Part shown: positions 37,458 to 47,600 of the stretch, in pieces
Layout: each line of letters starts with the position of its first letter
How positions within the stretch are numbered: position 1 is the first letter of the stretch
Assembly (NCBI GenBank): GCA_004764695.1
Contig: SMSO01000008.1
Location: forward strand, 62,001 to 126,000
Direction of reading: 5' to 3'
Length of the DNA stretch: 64,000 nt
From: Schizochytrium sp. TIO01
Taxonomy: Eukaryota > Protista > Bigyra: Labyrinthulomycetes
Translations under genes and position numbers: made by a program
The notes under the pieces: model-generated
What the model was told of the DNA's origin: nothing
Seen by the model: only the letters and a program-made list of their open reading frames with translations
Databases searched by the model: none

Positions 37458-37665
37458 TTCATTTCTTTCGAGGTAAAAGATTTTGATCTCTCTTCCTTTA
37501 AAAGTTTTGAGGTGTGCAAATGAAAAGGTCACTTTCTGATTTTTGTAAAAGCTGAAAGGGGAAAGTTCATTTCTTTCAAGGTAAAAAATTACCCTTAAAA
37601 GATTTTTGAGGTACGCAAAACGGAAAGATCGCTTTCAGGTTCTGGTAAAGCTGAAAGGGGGAAAG
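37458..37665. repeat. Diverged ~108-bp tandem duplication in non-coding DNA
   Basis: ttcatttctttcRaggtaaaa...ttttgaggt..gcaaa...gtaaa(a)gctgaaagggg(g)aaag begins at 37458 and at 37566. Confidence 0.85.
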
Positions 37666-37893
37666 GACAATCACGCTTGCTCAACCAAAACGAGTGTTCC
37701 TCTCAAATTGAAGCACGCGTAATTGACATGTTTGGATTTCTATCGATCGAGCGCGTTGCGTTTTATTCCTGAGATCTGTCGGTCTGGCTAGATCTAGGAT
37801 GTGTAATCCCCTGGTTGAGTGAAAGTGGGTGTTTCGTTGCAGGCAAATCCGGAATTCTGTCAGCACGTGCAGAGTTTAAGAAGATAAACAAGG

Positions 37894-38457
37894 ATGGCTC
37901 TGCGCCCCGAGAAGCCGTCGAATCTCGTACGGAGACCTTCAACGAGGTCTATTGTTGGTGTTTTTGAGAGAGTGTTGACTGTTTCTCGGAATTTGCAAGA
38001 GAAAACTGGTGAATTGGCTTCGAAATTGAAGGTTCTTGAGGCCCGTGTGCACGAAATTCGACCTTCCATTAATCCTTCCTTGGCCCTGGCCATTGATGCT
38101 GCAGTGAGAGGAGACGAAAAAACACAGAAGATTGTACGAGAGAGTGAATCCAAAGTTCCTCTGTGTCAGAAAAGGGCGGTCGCGGCGTACACAGCCGCAA
38201 GCCACTCTCTCTTTCGTGTCCTTGCAGACACTGCAGCACTGGAGGAAACAAAGACAGAGTGTGCACTCTTAGTCTCTCAGGCACTCTCCCTTTTCCAAGT
38301 TGTTGAAGGTAAGCAAAACCCGAACACGATTGATAGGCTGGCCATTAGTGAAATCGTTAAGAGTGTGAAAGGGCTTGAAACGAGGCAAGAAGAAGAAGAA
38401 GAAGAAGAAGAAGAAGAAGAAAAGGAGAAAGCAATGCCCTTTCCTCGTCTATCATGA
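37894..38457 (+). CDS. Hypothetical helical/coiled-coil protein
   Basis: 187-aa ATG ORF ending in (GAA)n poly-E. Confidence 0.7.
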   Translation: MALRPEKPSNLVRRPSTRSIVGVFERVLTVSRNLQEKTGELASKLKVLEARVHEIRPSINPSLALAIDAAVRGDEKTQKIVRESESKVPLCQKRAVAAYTAASHSLFRVLADTAALEETKTECALLVSQALSLFQVVEGKQNPNTIDRLAISEIVKSVKGLETRQEEEEEEEEEEEKEKAMPFPRLS

Positions 38458-38475
38458 AAGAAAGCCAAGCACGGC

Positions 38476-40539
38476 TTGTCTGCGCCCCTTCACGCGAAAG
38501 GGAAGTCCAACGGAAATCGAGGTGTTAGAAACCCGGGAGGCGGAGACGGAATGGCGAGCAACCGACTTAGCACGAACAGTCGCTCATCGCAGCGAACTGA
38601 CAACGCGGGGGACAGTGGTGCGCGTTTCGATATTGTCCGCTTTGAGAGACGTCTAGAGGTGCAACAGGCTAGACTTCAAGAACTCGGAAAAGAATTGAAA
38701 GAGCTGGAAGACACTGGCGAGATTCCTGATGACGTTCTTCTGATCATTGAGGATGTTGTTCAAGAACAAATGGAGTTCGAGGACGCAATAAAAGAGGTGG
38801 CAATTTATGATTTAAAGGGTCGTTTGAAACGTAACGCTTTAAGAGCTCTGCGCATAGCATCTGATATGAAGGAAGCCCGAGTTAAAATCGAGAAAACCGA
38901 GGGAAAGATTGAGGAATTTGAGTCTGGAGGCGGTGAAGAAGGAGACAGCAATTGGCACTTCTCCGGATCAGTTTGGGAAGCCCTTAAGTTCGCTTTACCT
39001 ATAGTCCCTCAGCATGTTTTGCCAACTGTATCGAGCACCGCCGTTATTAGCGACAACTACATTTTTGCCCCTGCAAGCGTCATCAAAGTTGACATCGGAA
39101 GATTCATGAAGCACTGTATCGATGAAGGATTTGTGAGCAAGCTTCAGGAAGAAGCAACGAGTCTAAATGTTGATAGTCTACTCTGTCATTCAATGCAGTC
39201 TCTTTTCCTTAGGTCCGAGAGTTCCATTGGGCTTTGTTTTTCACAAGTTTTCCAAGCAGTCACCAGTGTTTTGCCCGTCGAAGAAGGAGAAGAAGGAACT
39301 GGAAGTGTCCAGCTCGGCTATACGTCGGACTACCCGGTAAAGGATGGACGCAAGGCTTTAAAGCCAGACTTTGTTGTTGGGACTATCATACAAGATCAAG
39401 CGCATCGGTTCGATGTTTCACTTGTTGGCGAGTTGAAGGGTCTTGGTTCTTCGGGCGATGAATTTTTTCACCGCTGGTGTAGTGCGGATGCAAACCATGA
39501 TCAATGCGATGGTTCCGAGAGACACCACCCTGTGTCTCCAATTAGACAGTTGTATAACTATATGGTCCAGTCCGGCAAGTTTGTTGGCGTTTACTCCAAC
39601 TATATGTTCACTGCAGCTTTCTTCCGAGATTGCGAAGGTAACCTTGCTACAACGCCGATGCTCTCAGGAAGACACTGTATGACACAATATGGACTAAGTA
39701 TACCACAGTTCCTTGCCTTAGTTACTATGATTGCTTTGAAGGGAGAAGTGCCACAATTTTTAGATGATAGAGGAAACGGCATCTTGGTGTCGTGCACAGG
39801 CTCAGAAGGTTGCACGATGGAGGGTCGTTCTGTTCCTCACACCGACCTTCCCGGGAAATGTAAATGGGATCAAGACCAGCTACAAACGCAGAATCGAGGT
39901 GGGGGAGGTGGACTTAGAGGAGGTGTAAGGCGGGCGCGGCGGAACAACCTCCTTTACAAAGAGCATGACACTCCCATCACCTGGGATGATCTCTACGAGT
40001 GCAAGCACATTTCTGACTGCTACACAGGTAGCGCAGTTGAGTGTGAGATCATGGGCGAGCGAGCAGTGGTTAAATACGACGATTTCGGCGATCACGAAGA
40101 TGCTGATTGGCGTCTCAACCAGATCGATTTTGAAGCTGAAGTCTACGCAAACCTGTCTGACTTGCAGGGGGATTGTATTCCCAAATACCTGGGCCATGGC
40201 TCCATTACTGATACTGATGGATTGCCGTATGGTTTTGCTACCTCTTATGCAGGTGAGCCACTCTCGTATGAATCTCTTGATTCTCTCACTGAAGAGTTCA
40301 AGACAAGCGTCAAGGATGCCCTAGACAAGATACACGCGCGTGGTGTTTTGCATGGCGACCTGAGACTTCCGAACATCCTGAAGTCGAAGGACGATCCTGA
40401 GAAGGCAATTTTTATCGACTTCAGTCATTCAGGGATATACGACGACCTTGATGGTCGGTTCTTTCAAGTCCGCGCAAGGCTTGAGAAGGAGAACCTCGTC
40501 AAGCTCTTGAAAGGCGAAAAAATCAAACAAGTTTTTTGA
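38476..40539 (+). CDS. Crinkler-like effector: coiled-coil header + PD-(D/E)XK (REase) domain + protein kinase
   Basis: REase motifs KPDFVV, GELK, QLYNYM, GVYSNY. Kinase motifs AVVK, EAEVY, LQGDCIP, IHARGVLHGDLRLPNIL, FIDFS. Likely start is the ATG at 38551. Confidence 0.8.
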   Translation: MSAPLHAKGKSNGNRGVRNPGGGDGMASNRLSTNSRSSQRTDNAGDSGARFDIVRFERRLEVQQARLQELGKELKELEDTGEIPDDVLLIIEDVVQEQMEFEDAIKEVAIYDLKGRLKRNALRALRIASDMKEARVKIEKTEGKIEEFESGGGEEGDSNWHFSGSVWEALKFALPIVPQHVLPTVSSTAVISDNYIFAPASVIKVDIGRFMKHCIDEGFVSKLQEEATSLNVDSLLCHSMQSLFLRSESSIGLCFSQVFQAVTSVLPVEEGEEGTGSVQLGYTSDYPVKDGRKALKPDFVVGTIIQDQAHRFDVSLVGELKGLGSSGDEFFHRWCSADANHDQCDGSERHHPVSPIRQLYNYMVQSGKFVGVYSNYMFTAAFFRDCEGNLATTPMLSGRHCMTQYGLSIPQFLALVTMIALKGEVPQFLDDRGNGILVSCTGSEGCTMEGRSVPHTDLPGKCKWDQDQLQTQNRGGGGGLRGGVRRARRNNLLYKEHDTPITWDDLYECKHISDCYTGSAVECEIMGERAVVKYDDFGDHEDADWRLNQIDFEAEVYANLSDLQGDCIPKYLGHGSITDTDGLPYGFATSYAGEPLSYESLDSLTEEFKTSVKDALDKIHARGVLHGDLRLPNILKSKDDPEKAIFIDFSHSGIYDDLDGRFFQVRARLEKENLVKLLKGEKIKQVF

Positions 40540-40642
40540 ACACTCACAAGTTAATAACCCCTAACTCATGAAAAGAAGAAGAAGAAGAAATAATCAATGT
40601 TTGTTTTGTTTCCAATCCATTTTATAATAAAATGCTACTTAG

Positions 40643-40758
40643 TTAGGTTAAGGAGAGGATCTCTCGCAAGTGATTTTCCACTGCAGAACTTGTGTACTCA
40701 CTGAACCGCTGCTTGTCTTTGGATTGATGGCAAGTTTCGAACAATGCCAACGGATCCA

Positions 40759-40789
<31 letters not shown>

Positions 40790-41119
40790 TGTTACTTTAG
40801 TCGCTTCGGCGTAGTCTTGGGAGGGTCCAAGCAATGGAATTGGGCCCGGGACAAAGGAGTTAAGTAGCCACGAAAAGAGCACACGAGCGGTCCTTCCATT
40901 GCCAAATGCAAAGGGTTTGAGAAACAGGAACCTTGCTGTGAATTCTGTCGCAACGTGCAAAGCATCTTGCAATGCGGCGGCTTCTACATCTTTTACATCT
41001 TGCTTTCCTGTGATCGAGAAAGGCGTGGTTTGGTATTTTATAATGAGATTCCTCAGTGCACGATCAAGAAGCCCAGGGGTTGGATGAACAAGAGGAACTC
41101 GGGCTGGATAATTTGGCAA
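40643..41119 (-). pseudogene. Fic/Doc-domain protein with altered catalytic motif and no adjacent ATG
   Basis: FLFLKPFAFGNGRTARVL versus canonical HPFx(D/E)GNGRxxR (His to Lys, acidic residue lost). The 5' end lies in a repeat whose ATG-bearing copy is at 42461. Confidence 0.7.
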
Positions 41120-41232
41120 GGTAATTATTTATTCTTTCTGTTCTTCCATAATTTCTTCTTTGTTAAGTAACCTAGCTAAGTCGCATCGCAAATGAAATGA
41201 GTGGTGAGAAGGGCCGGGAGGATCTTAGGAGA

Positions 41233-41691
41233 TCACTTAAGTGGTCTTGTTTCAATGATCACCCTTCCCTGAGAGAAAGGCGAGTTGCTGCCTGTGTACA
41301 GCATCTTGCGAATGGTCTTTTCATCGAGAAGACTCGGGTAAGCCGCAATCGTAACCTGCACATCATCGGAATATTCAATCATTTTCAGATCCCCAATGAG
41401 TTCTCGTAAAAAGCTCTCGTCATTCAGTCTTATATAGATCTTTTTGAGTTCAGGGAGTTCGTAGACCTCCCGGAAAAATTCTTTGATACCCGCATCATAC
41501 CAAAGTTCACCTGAGTAAAGGTTGTTCCTGCAGATCAGCATTTCTTTACATTCCCTCATTCTCATCACGTTCCGCTGAAAAAGTTCTTCGGGATAATCAC
41601 CGTACTTGTCGAGCTCAAACCCTTCGTCGCCAATTTGGAATGAAAAGAGTGGGAAGCCCAAGTTTCCGCCTTGAAGAACATGGTAAACCAT
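41233..41691 (-). CDS. Hypothetical protein, tandem paralog 1
   Basis: 152 aa, highly similar to 41893..42348; ATG preceded by (AAAC)n. Confidence 0.85.
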   Translation of the reverse strand: MVYHVLQGGNLGFPLFSFQIGDEGFELDKYGDYPEELFQRNVMRMRECKEMLICRNNLYSGELWYDAGIKEFFREVYELPELKKIYIRLNDESFLRELIGDLKMIEYSDDVQVTIAAYPSLLDEKTIRKMLYTGSNSPFSQGRVIIETRPLK

Positions 41692-41892
41692 CGTGTTTGT
41701 TTGTTTGTTTGTTTGTTTGTTTTCCTAGTTTTTCTACAAACTCCTTCTCCTTTTCTTCTAAGGGTAGATAATTTGGCAAGGTGATTATTCTTTCTAAAAA
41801 CTTTTTTTCTTACTTCTTTTCTTTGTTATGGAACCTAGCTAAGTTGCATTGAAATGAATGAATGAGTGACGAGGGAGATCTTAGGAGATCAC

Positions 41893-42348
41893 TTAAGCGG
41901 TCTTGTTTTCAATGATTACTCTTTCCTGGGAGAAAGGCGAGTCGTTGCCTCTATACAGCATCTTGCGAATGGTCTTTTCATCGAGAAGACCAGGGTAAGC
42001 TGCAATTGTGACCTGCAAATCATCGGAATATTCAATCATTTTCAGATCCTCAATGAGTTCTTGTACAAAACTCTCGTCATCCAGGCCTATCCAGATCTTT
42101 TTGACTCTAGGGAGTTCGTAGACCCCCTCGAAAAATTCTTTGATACCCGCATCATACGAAAGTTCACCTGAGTAAAGGTGGTTCCTACAGATCAGCATTT
42201 CTTCGCATTCCATCATCCTCCCCACGTTCTGCCGGAAAAGTCCTTCGGGGTAACCACCGTACTTGTTGAGCTTGAACCCTTCGTCACCAATTTGGAATGA
42301 AAAGATCGGATGGCTGAAGGTTCCGCCTTGAAGAACATGATAAACCAT
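41893..42348 (-). CDS. Hypothetical protein, tandem paralog 2
   Basis: 151 aa; both flanks are also duplicated. Confidence 0.85.
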   Translation of the reverse strand: MVYHVLQGGTFSHPIFSFQIGDEGFKLNKYGGYPEGLFRQNVGRMMECEEMLICRNHLYSGELSYDAGIKEFFEGVYELPRVKKIWIGLDDESFVQELIEDLKMIEYSDDLQVTIAAYPGLLDEKTIRKMLYRGNDSPFSQERVIIENKTA

Positions 42349-42652
42349 CGCGTTTGTTTGTTTGTTTGTTTGTTTGTTTGTTTGTTTGTTTGTTTGTTTT
42401 CCTTTTTTTCTGTAAACTTTCTCTTTCCTTCTCAGGGTAGATAATTTGGCGAGGTGATCATTCTTTCCGCCTTCCTTTTACCTATTCCATTTTCCCAAGG
42501 TTCTTCAATTTACCTATTGTTTCTCTTTTTATTGTTACAGAGGAGGAAGAAAAACAAATAAAAATAATATCAATTCTCCCTGGGTAAACAACGCAAAGAA
42601 AGGGGGGGGGGGCAAAAGGAATTTATAGAGAAAGAAGAAAAACCAACAAAAC

Positions 42653-43315
42653 ATGCTAAAGAGTTGGATAAAACAAAATAATACTCGTAAAGAGGGCAAT
42701 AACAATAAAAGAAGCTTCACTCTGCCCCTCTCAAGCAGCAAACCTGGTGAAGAGGAATACATCCCTCTCGCTCTGGCTAACGCGGGCGGCGGAGACTGCC
42801 TCTTCTTCGCGTACGGCTCGGCGCTGCGGCAGGCCTTCCCAGGGCGCGACAGAGAGCACTTCGAGCCTGCTGCACTGCGGCGCGCGGTGGCCAGTCAGCT
42901 CGAGGAGGAACACTTCGATTTCTACAGGAATGTCGCATCCGCGGATCCTGACTCCTCCTCCTGGGCCCGCGACCTGAAGGACCTCGAGGACATGAAGGCG
43001 CGCGTGCTGCGCCGCTCGTACTGGGGCGACCAGCTGTCTCTGCTGCTCCTGGAGAAGTACTTCGGCGTGCGCAGCGTCGTGATCCGCTTCGATCGGGGCG
43101 AACCTCCTCATGTGGCGCCTTACTCAGGCCTTGGCATGCCTGAGCTGCCTCCTCATGGCTTCGTTGTGCTCTCGCTGCGAGGCCAGCATTATGAAGTAAT
43201 AGTCGGCGAGCAAGGGCAGGCCTGGCACGAATCGAGAACGAGTGCTAAAGACCTGGCCTCTCTCGTACTTCGCAGAGGTTGGATGAACCATCGATTCGAT
43301 ACACAGTCACCTTAG
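42653..43315 (+). CDS. OTU-like cysteine protease (deubiquitinase)
   Basis: GGGDCLFFA catalytic Cys, LRRAVA, YWGDQL, QHYE catalytic His. Confidence 0.9.
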   Translation: MLKSWIKQNNTRKEGNNNKRSFTLPLSSSKPGEEEYIPLALANAGGGDCLFFAYGSALRQAFPGRDREHFEPAALRRAVASQLEEEHFDFYRNVASADPDSSSWARDLKDLEDMKARVLRRSYWGDQLSLLLLEKYFGVRSVVIRFDRGEPPHVAPYSGLGMPELPPHGFVVLSLRGQHYEVIVGEQGQAWHESRTSAKDLASLVLRRGWMNHRFDTQSP

Positions 43316-43366
43316 TAATTCCAAGCAAAAGCAAAAGCAAAGTCAAGCAAAAGCAAAGCAATTTAG

Positions 43367-43567
43367 TTAGTTGAATCGATAGACAAACACGATAGCACCA
43401 AAGGCGACCAAAGCTAAAATCAGCAAACCTCCGGCAATCAAAGATTCGGTCACTTTAGAACTCTTACTCGCTACCGGATTTGTCACTTCTCCGTAGACTG
43501 TAGGATCACTCGTGGTGGTTGTACTGCTTGCTGCTGCTGCTGCTGCTGTTGTTGTTGAGGATTCCAT
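43367..43567 (-). CDS. Small membrane protein with T/S-rich N-terminus
   Basis: 66 aa; C-terminal TM LIAGGLLILALVAFGAIVFVY. Confidence 0.65.
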   Translation of the reverse strand: MESSTTTAAAAAASSTTTTSDPTVYGEVTNPVASKSSKVTESLIAGGLLILALVAFGAIVFVYRFN

Positions 43568-43762
43568 CTTTTCTTTACTTTCCTTTTTTTCGGTTTCTTC
43601 TTCTTCTTCTAACTACAAAAGCTAACTGCAAGGGAGAGGAGGTAGTATCCTTTTCTTTTCTATCTCTCTACCTGTATAGACATTTCTTTTTTTCTTGCCA
43701 CAGGGCGACTATTAAAAAAAGCAGAAAGAAGAGAAAAAAAGGTAAAACCAACAAACAAAGAA

Positions 43763-44677
43763 ATGAAGGAAGGCGAAAAGGGAACTTTGCAATTGTTTGC
43801 TTCGCTGCTGCTAGGTCTGGCTGCATCCGTAGGCACGCTCGGTTTTGCTTACTGGCTCATGAGAATGTTCTACCTGCCCGAGGGCGACCAGAATGCAAAT
43901 GTCTTAGATATCGAAGGAAGCCGCGCAGCGATTCCTGCGGATACCGAGGTGCCCATCACCGTCGTGAATTTCCTGCATGACGATTCAGAAGGCGCGCCTT
44001 TCACGAGAAATAGAGCGAGGCAGGAAAGACTCGCTTTGCAATTGGGCGCCTCCCGCGTGGAGCATTATAACATGCAGAGACTGCAAACCTCGCTAGGTGA
44101 GGAAGACGGCCAGAGAGTCGCAGAGTTTATCCAGGACAACCCTCGCGGAGCTGGCTACTGGACCTGGAAACCCATCATCATTGCTGACACTTTGGCTACC
44201 TTGAAAGAAGGCGAGGTGCTCATTTACATGGACTGTGGCTCTTTCGCGCGCAAGCCTCTAAGGGGACTCGCGGATCGCACAGCGGGCTCCTCAACGGGAA
44301 TTGTTGTGATGACCTCTGTTTATCCAGTGGCAAGCACAGTGCGCGCAGATGTGGGAGAGCATGTGAGCGGCCGCAGCGACTTTTGCAAGGTCTGGGCAGA
44401 CCGGCCATCCATCCAGGCAACAATTGTGGTTATCCGAAAGACCCCGGCGAGCGAGGAAATTATCAAGCAGTGGGCCAAACTCGCGGTGAATGATCCGTGG
44501 CTCTTCACGGATAACTTCAAGCCCTGCGGCGCCGGCTTTCTGGAACACAGGCACGACCAGGCAGTTCTGCAGTCGCTTCTGCTGGCTAGAGACGATTCGG
44601 GGAGTTATATGGTACATCCTTCTGAGTTATTGCGAGCTAATGGCTATCATCATCATTATCCGGGGCGAGCCCTCTAA
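43763..44677 (+). CDS. Membrane-anchored glycosyltransferase (GT-A-like)
   Basis: N-terminal TM; RGAGYWTWKP, LIYMDCG, FLEHRHDQAVL motifs. Confidence 0.8.
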   Translation: MKEGEKGTLQLFASLLLGLAASVGTLGFAYWLMRMFYLPEGDQNANVLDIEGSRAAIPADTEVPITVVNFLHDDSEGAPFTRNRARQERLALQLGASRVEHYNMQRLQTSLGEEDGQRVAEFIQDNPRGAGYWTWKPIIIADTLATLKEGEVLIYMDCGSFARKPLRGLADRTAGSSTGIVVMTSVYPVASTVRADVGEHVSGRSDFCKVWADRPSIQATIVVIRKTPASEEIIKQWAKLAVNDPWLFTDNFKPCGAGFLEHRHDQAVLQSLLLARDDSGSYMVHPSELLRANGYHHHYPGRAL

Positions 44678-47600
44678 ATTCATCTATGCGTGTGGAAAAC
44701 ACGTGGATCAGATTGCTCTTCTGGGCATCAATGTAGCCCTGCATGACCTTGGACTGCCGCTGTACGTAAGAAAAGCCGTCCTGTCCACCGGCTGTATGGG
44801 TGACCGGCTCAAACAGGGTGGGAATGGCTAGGTCCCACATATTTTTTCTCTCTTCGACCTTTTTCTTAATCGAGCCCTTGTACGTGTTTGCAAAGAAACG
44901 GTTCTTGGATTTTTGCTCTTCGCACAGTCCGCGCAGGTCGGAGAGCACTTCCTGGATTTCCTGCTGGCCTCCGTGGAGATTTAGAAATGGGGTGCACTTG
45001 GCGTCTTCGGCAATCCACTGGTTTACAATCTCCGAGGCTTTGTGGTAGATGGAAAGGCGGCCCTTCTCGAGACGCTCGGCCCGCTCGCGCTCCACCAAAG
45101 AGCCCATGAGCAGCTTCGCAATCGTGCGAGAAGGCACATCAAAGGTGGCGACCTTGCAGCCCGGATGCTGCGTGCATACCCCTGCTTGCTGCTTGCTGAG
45201 CGGCACACCCAGGACCTCCCGCAGCACGCGCCGAGTTACAGCAAGCTTCCAGGGATTTTCGGGATCGGCCTTGACCACTTCCTTGAAGACCAAATCGAAT
45301 TCCTCGCACAATCTATGCAAGTGAAACACAGCTACGTCGCTTCTTTCTTTAGGACAGCTGTGCACTTCGACCTTGTCCAAATTAATCGCCTTGCTGATTA
45401 CATGATGATGCGGCAGCGGCACAGCAGGAATGGCAGCAGCACCAACAGCACCAGCGGCATTGCCACCTTCGTCCAATTCTAATGCCGCCATTGCTATCTG
45501 TTCTTCTTCTTCTTCTTCTTCCTCCTGCGACGGCTGCTGAGTAAACAATTCCTCCTGCTGGGTAAAGAAATCGTCATCATAATTCTCCTGCTGCTCTTGC
45601 TGCTCTTGCTGCTGCGGGGGCTGCGGGGGCTCTTGCTGCTGTAGTATGGGATCCTCCTCAGTACCGGCGGCTTCTTCGTCTTGCTCGATTTCTCTAAAGG
45701 CCTCTGGGGGGCTGCCGAGCACCTCCAGGTAATCGATGAGCACGCGGCGCTTCTTCTTGACTTGGTCGTAGTTCTCGTGCCAGATCTGCACACCCTCGAG
45801 CTCCTGGCCTCGCTGAAGATACTCTACAGGGTTCGTAGGAATCGAGGCCTCATTAGCTTTGAGCTGCAGGTCTTCCTTGGTGGAAAGCAACAAATTGGCG
45901 AGCATTTGAATCTTCCGCATACCTCCTAGCTGTTCCGTGTGCCTTAGCAGCTCCTCGGCCGCGTCAGGGTCATTCAAGCCCTTGTAGAAGTAGCGCGCCA
46001 ACTCGAGAGAAGTCTTGTAGCCCCGAGAAATAATAGTGTCGTCCTCTGGATGCTCCCTGACGTGCTCCAGATAACCAGCCACTTCCGAGCTGCGGGAATG
46101 TTCGGTGATGTTCATGTAGCGCCCAAAACGGAACTGGGTAGACACCTCGCGGTCATAGGAAGAATCGGTGTCGGTCTGCACGAACATGCGCGCCTGCCGA
46201 GGGTCAATATAGTTGCTGAGGATTTGCATGAGGAAAGTGCGAAGGTAATCCGCATTTGACAGTCTCTTCTGGTAACGCACTCGCTCCAAGACAAAGGAAG
46301 TCATTGAGCCCGCGTAATTCCTTGTGGTCTTGGCGCCCCGCGGGAGAGGCGGAGGCGCCTCACACTCGGGAATCCCAAAGCCCCCTGAATTGATCTCGAC
46401 CATTTCAACAGAGCCCAAACCGTCGGTCTCGTGAACAGTGATGTTCGTGTGCAAGTAAATGGACACGCGCCCACTGCGGGGAGCGCGCACACGCGCTAGC
46501 AGCTGCATGACGTTGCGCGGCGTCACCTCCTGGCTCCCAATAAACACCATGGTCTCCTCAAAGTGATTCGCACTGTAATCGAGCCCTGCTCCCAGCACTG
46601 AATTCACAATCAAGACGCGGTAGTTCTCCCAGGATTTTGTATCCACCATAGACTCCTTCGTCTTCTCCGTGTCGTCTCCTGTGATGGCCTTGACGGCATA
46701 AACATCACTGACGTCCTGGAAGCCCAGCCGAACGTGCACAAACTCGACGAACCAGGCCTCAAGGGCGCGGCATTGGTGCTTGCCAGGGCACACAATGAAG
46801 AGGTTCTTACCTTCCCTGAGGACCGTTTCAGCGCGCTGGAACCACTGGCACATGTAAGGCATGAGGCAGTACACACGCATGTAGGGAGAGAGCCGGTTAA
46901 TGTGCACGCGAAAGTAGTTCTGCTGCCGCGGAGGCCGCAGGCTCTCAATCCACTGCGCGGCTGTGTCGTCCATGTCTGCGTCAGAGAAAATCACCACTTT
47001 GGCCTTGCGGATCAGCTCAATCATGATATAAAGCGTCACTTCTCTGTGCTCGCTGAGCGTTTCACTCACGACGTGGCTCATCAGAGAGGTAAATTCGTCC
47101 AGGACCACCACGTCGTACTCCAGCCTGCCAATCATCGCGCGCTCGACAGTTCCGTCCTCCAGCACGACCGCCTCCGGAGTGAAGATATGGCGCAGCGAGT
47201 CAAGTTGAATCGAGAGGCGGGGCTCCGTCAGGGCCGCGCGGTCGATGCGGCCATCCTTGCGGTAGTTCACCAGGCCCAGGCGGCTAGCCAGCGCAGCGGC
47301 CAGCATGCGGCGAAAGCTGATGGACAAGACAGAGGCCTCTTCGGGAAGCTCCTCGATGACCTTGGCGATTAACTCCGTCTTGCCTGTGCCCATGGAGCTC
47401 CAGAGGACCAGTGTGGAGGGCCCCAGCAGCGGGCTGGTCGGCTCACCACCCCTGCGTTGCGGGCCGAAGATCTGCGAGAGGTCGGCAATGTCGTGAAAGC
47501 GCCGCTCCTCCAGGGGCTCCAGTCTGTAAATGTGGTGGTAAGGCGCAAACTTGCGCAGCGCGCCGATGCCCATGGCCACCTTAGACACCGGCATCTGAGC

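Larger units (their letters stand above)
41101..42468. repeat. Three copies of a ~35-bp direct repeat separating the two paralogs
   Basis: Core gataatttggcRaggt at 41107, 41767 and 42440, each followed by attctttc. Confidence 0.9.

Noticed and set aside
41101-42468. CRISPR interpretation of the three direct repeats
   Set aside because: Spacers are ~630-bp paralogous genes; no cas genes; eukaryotic/viral context.
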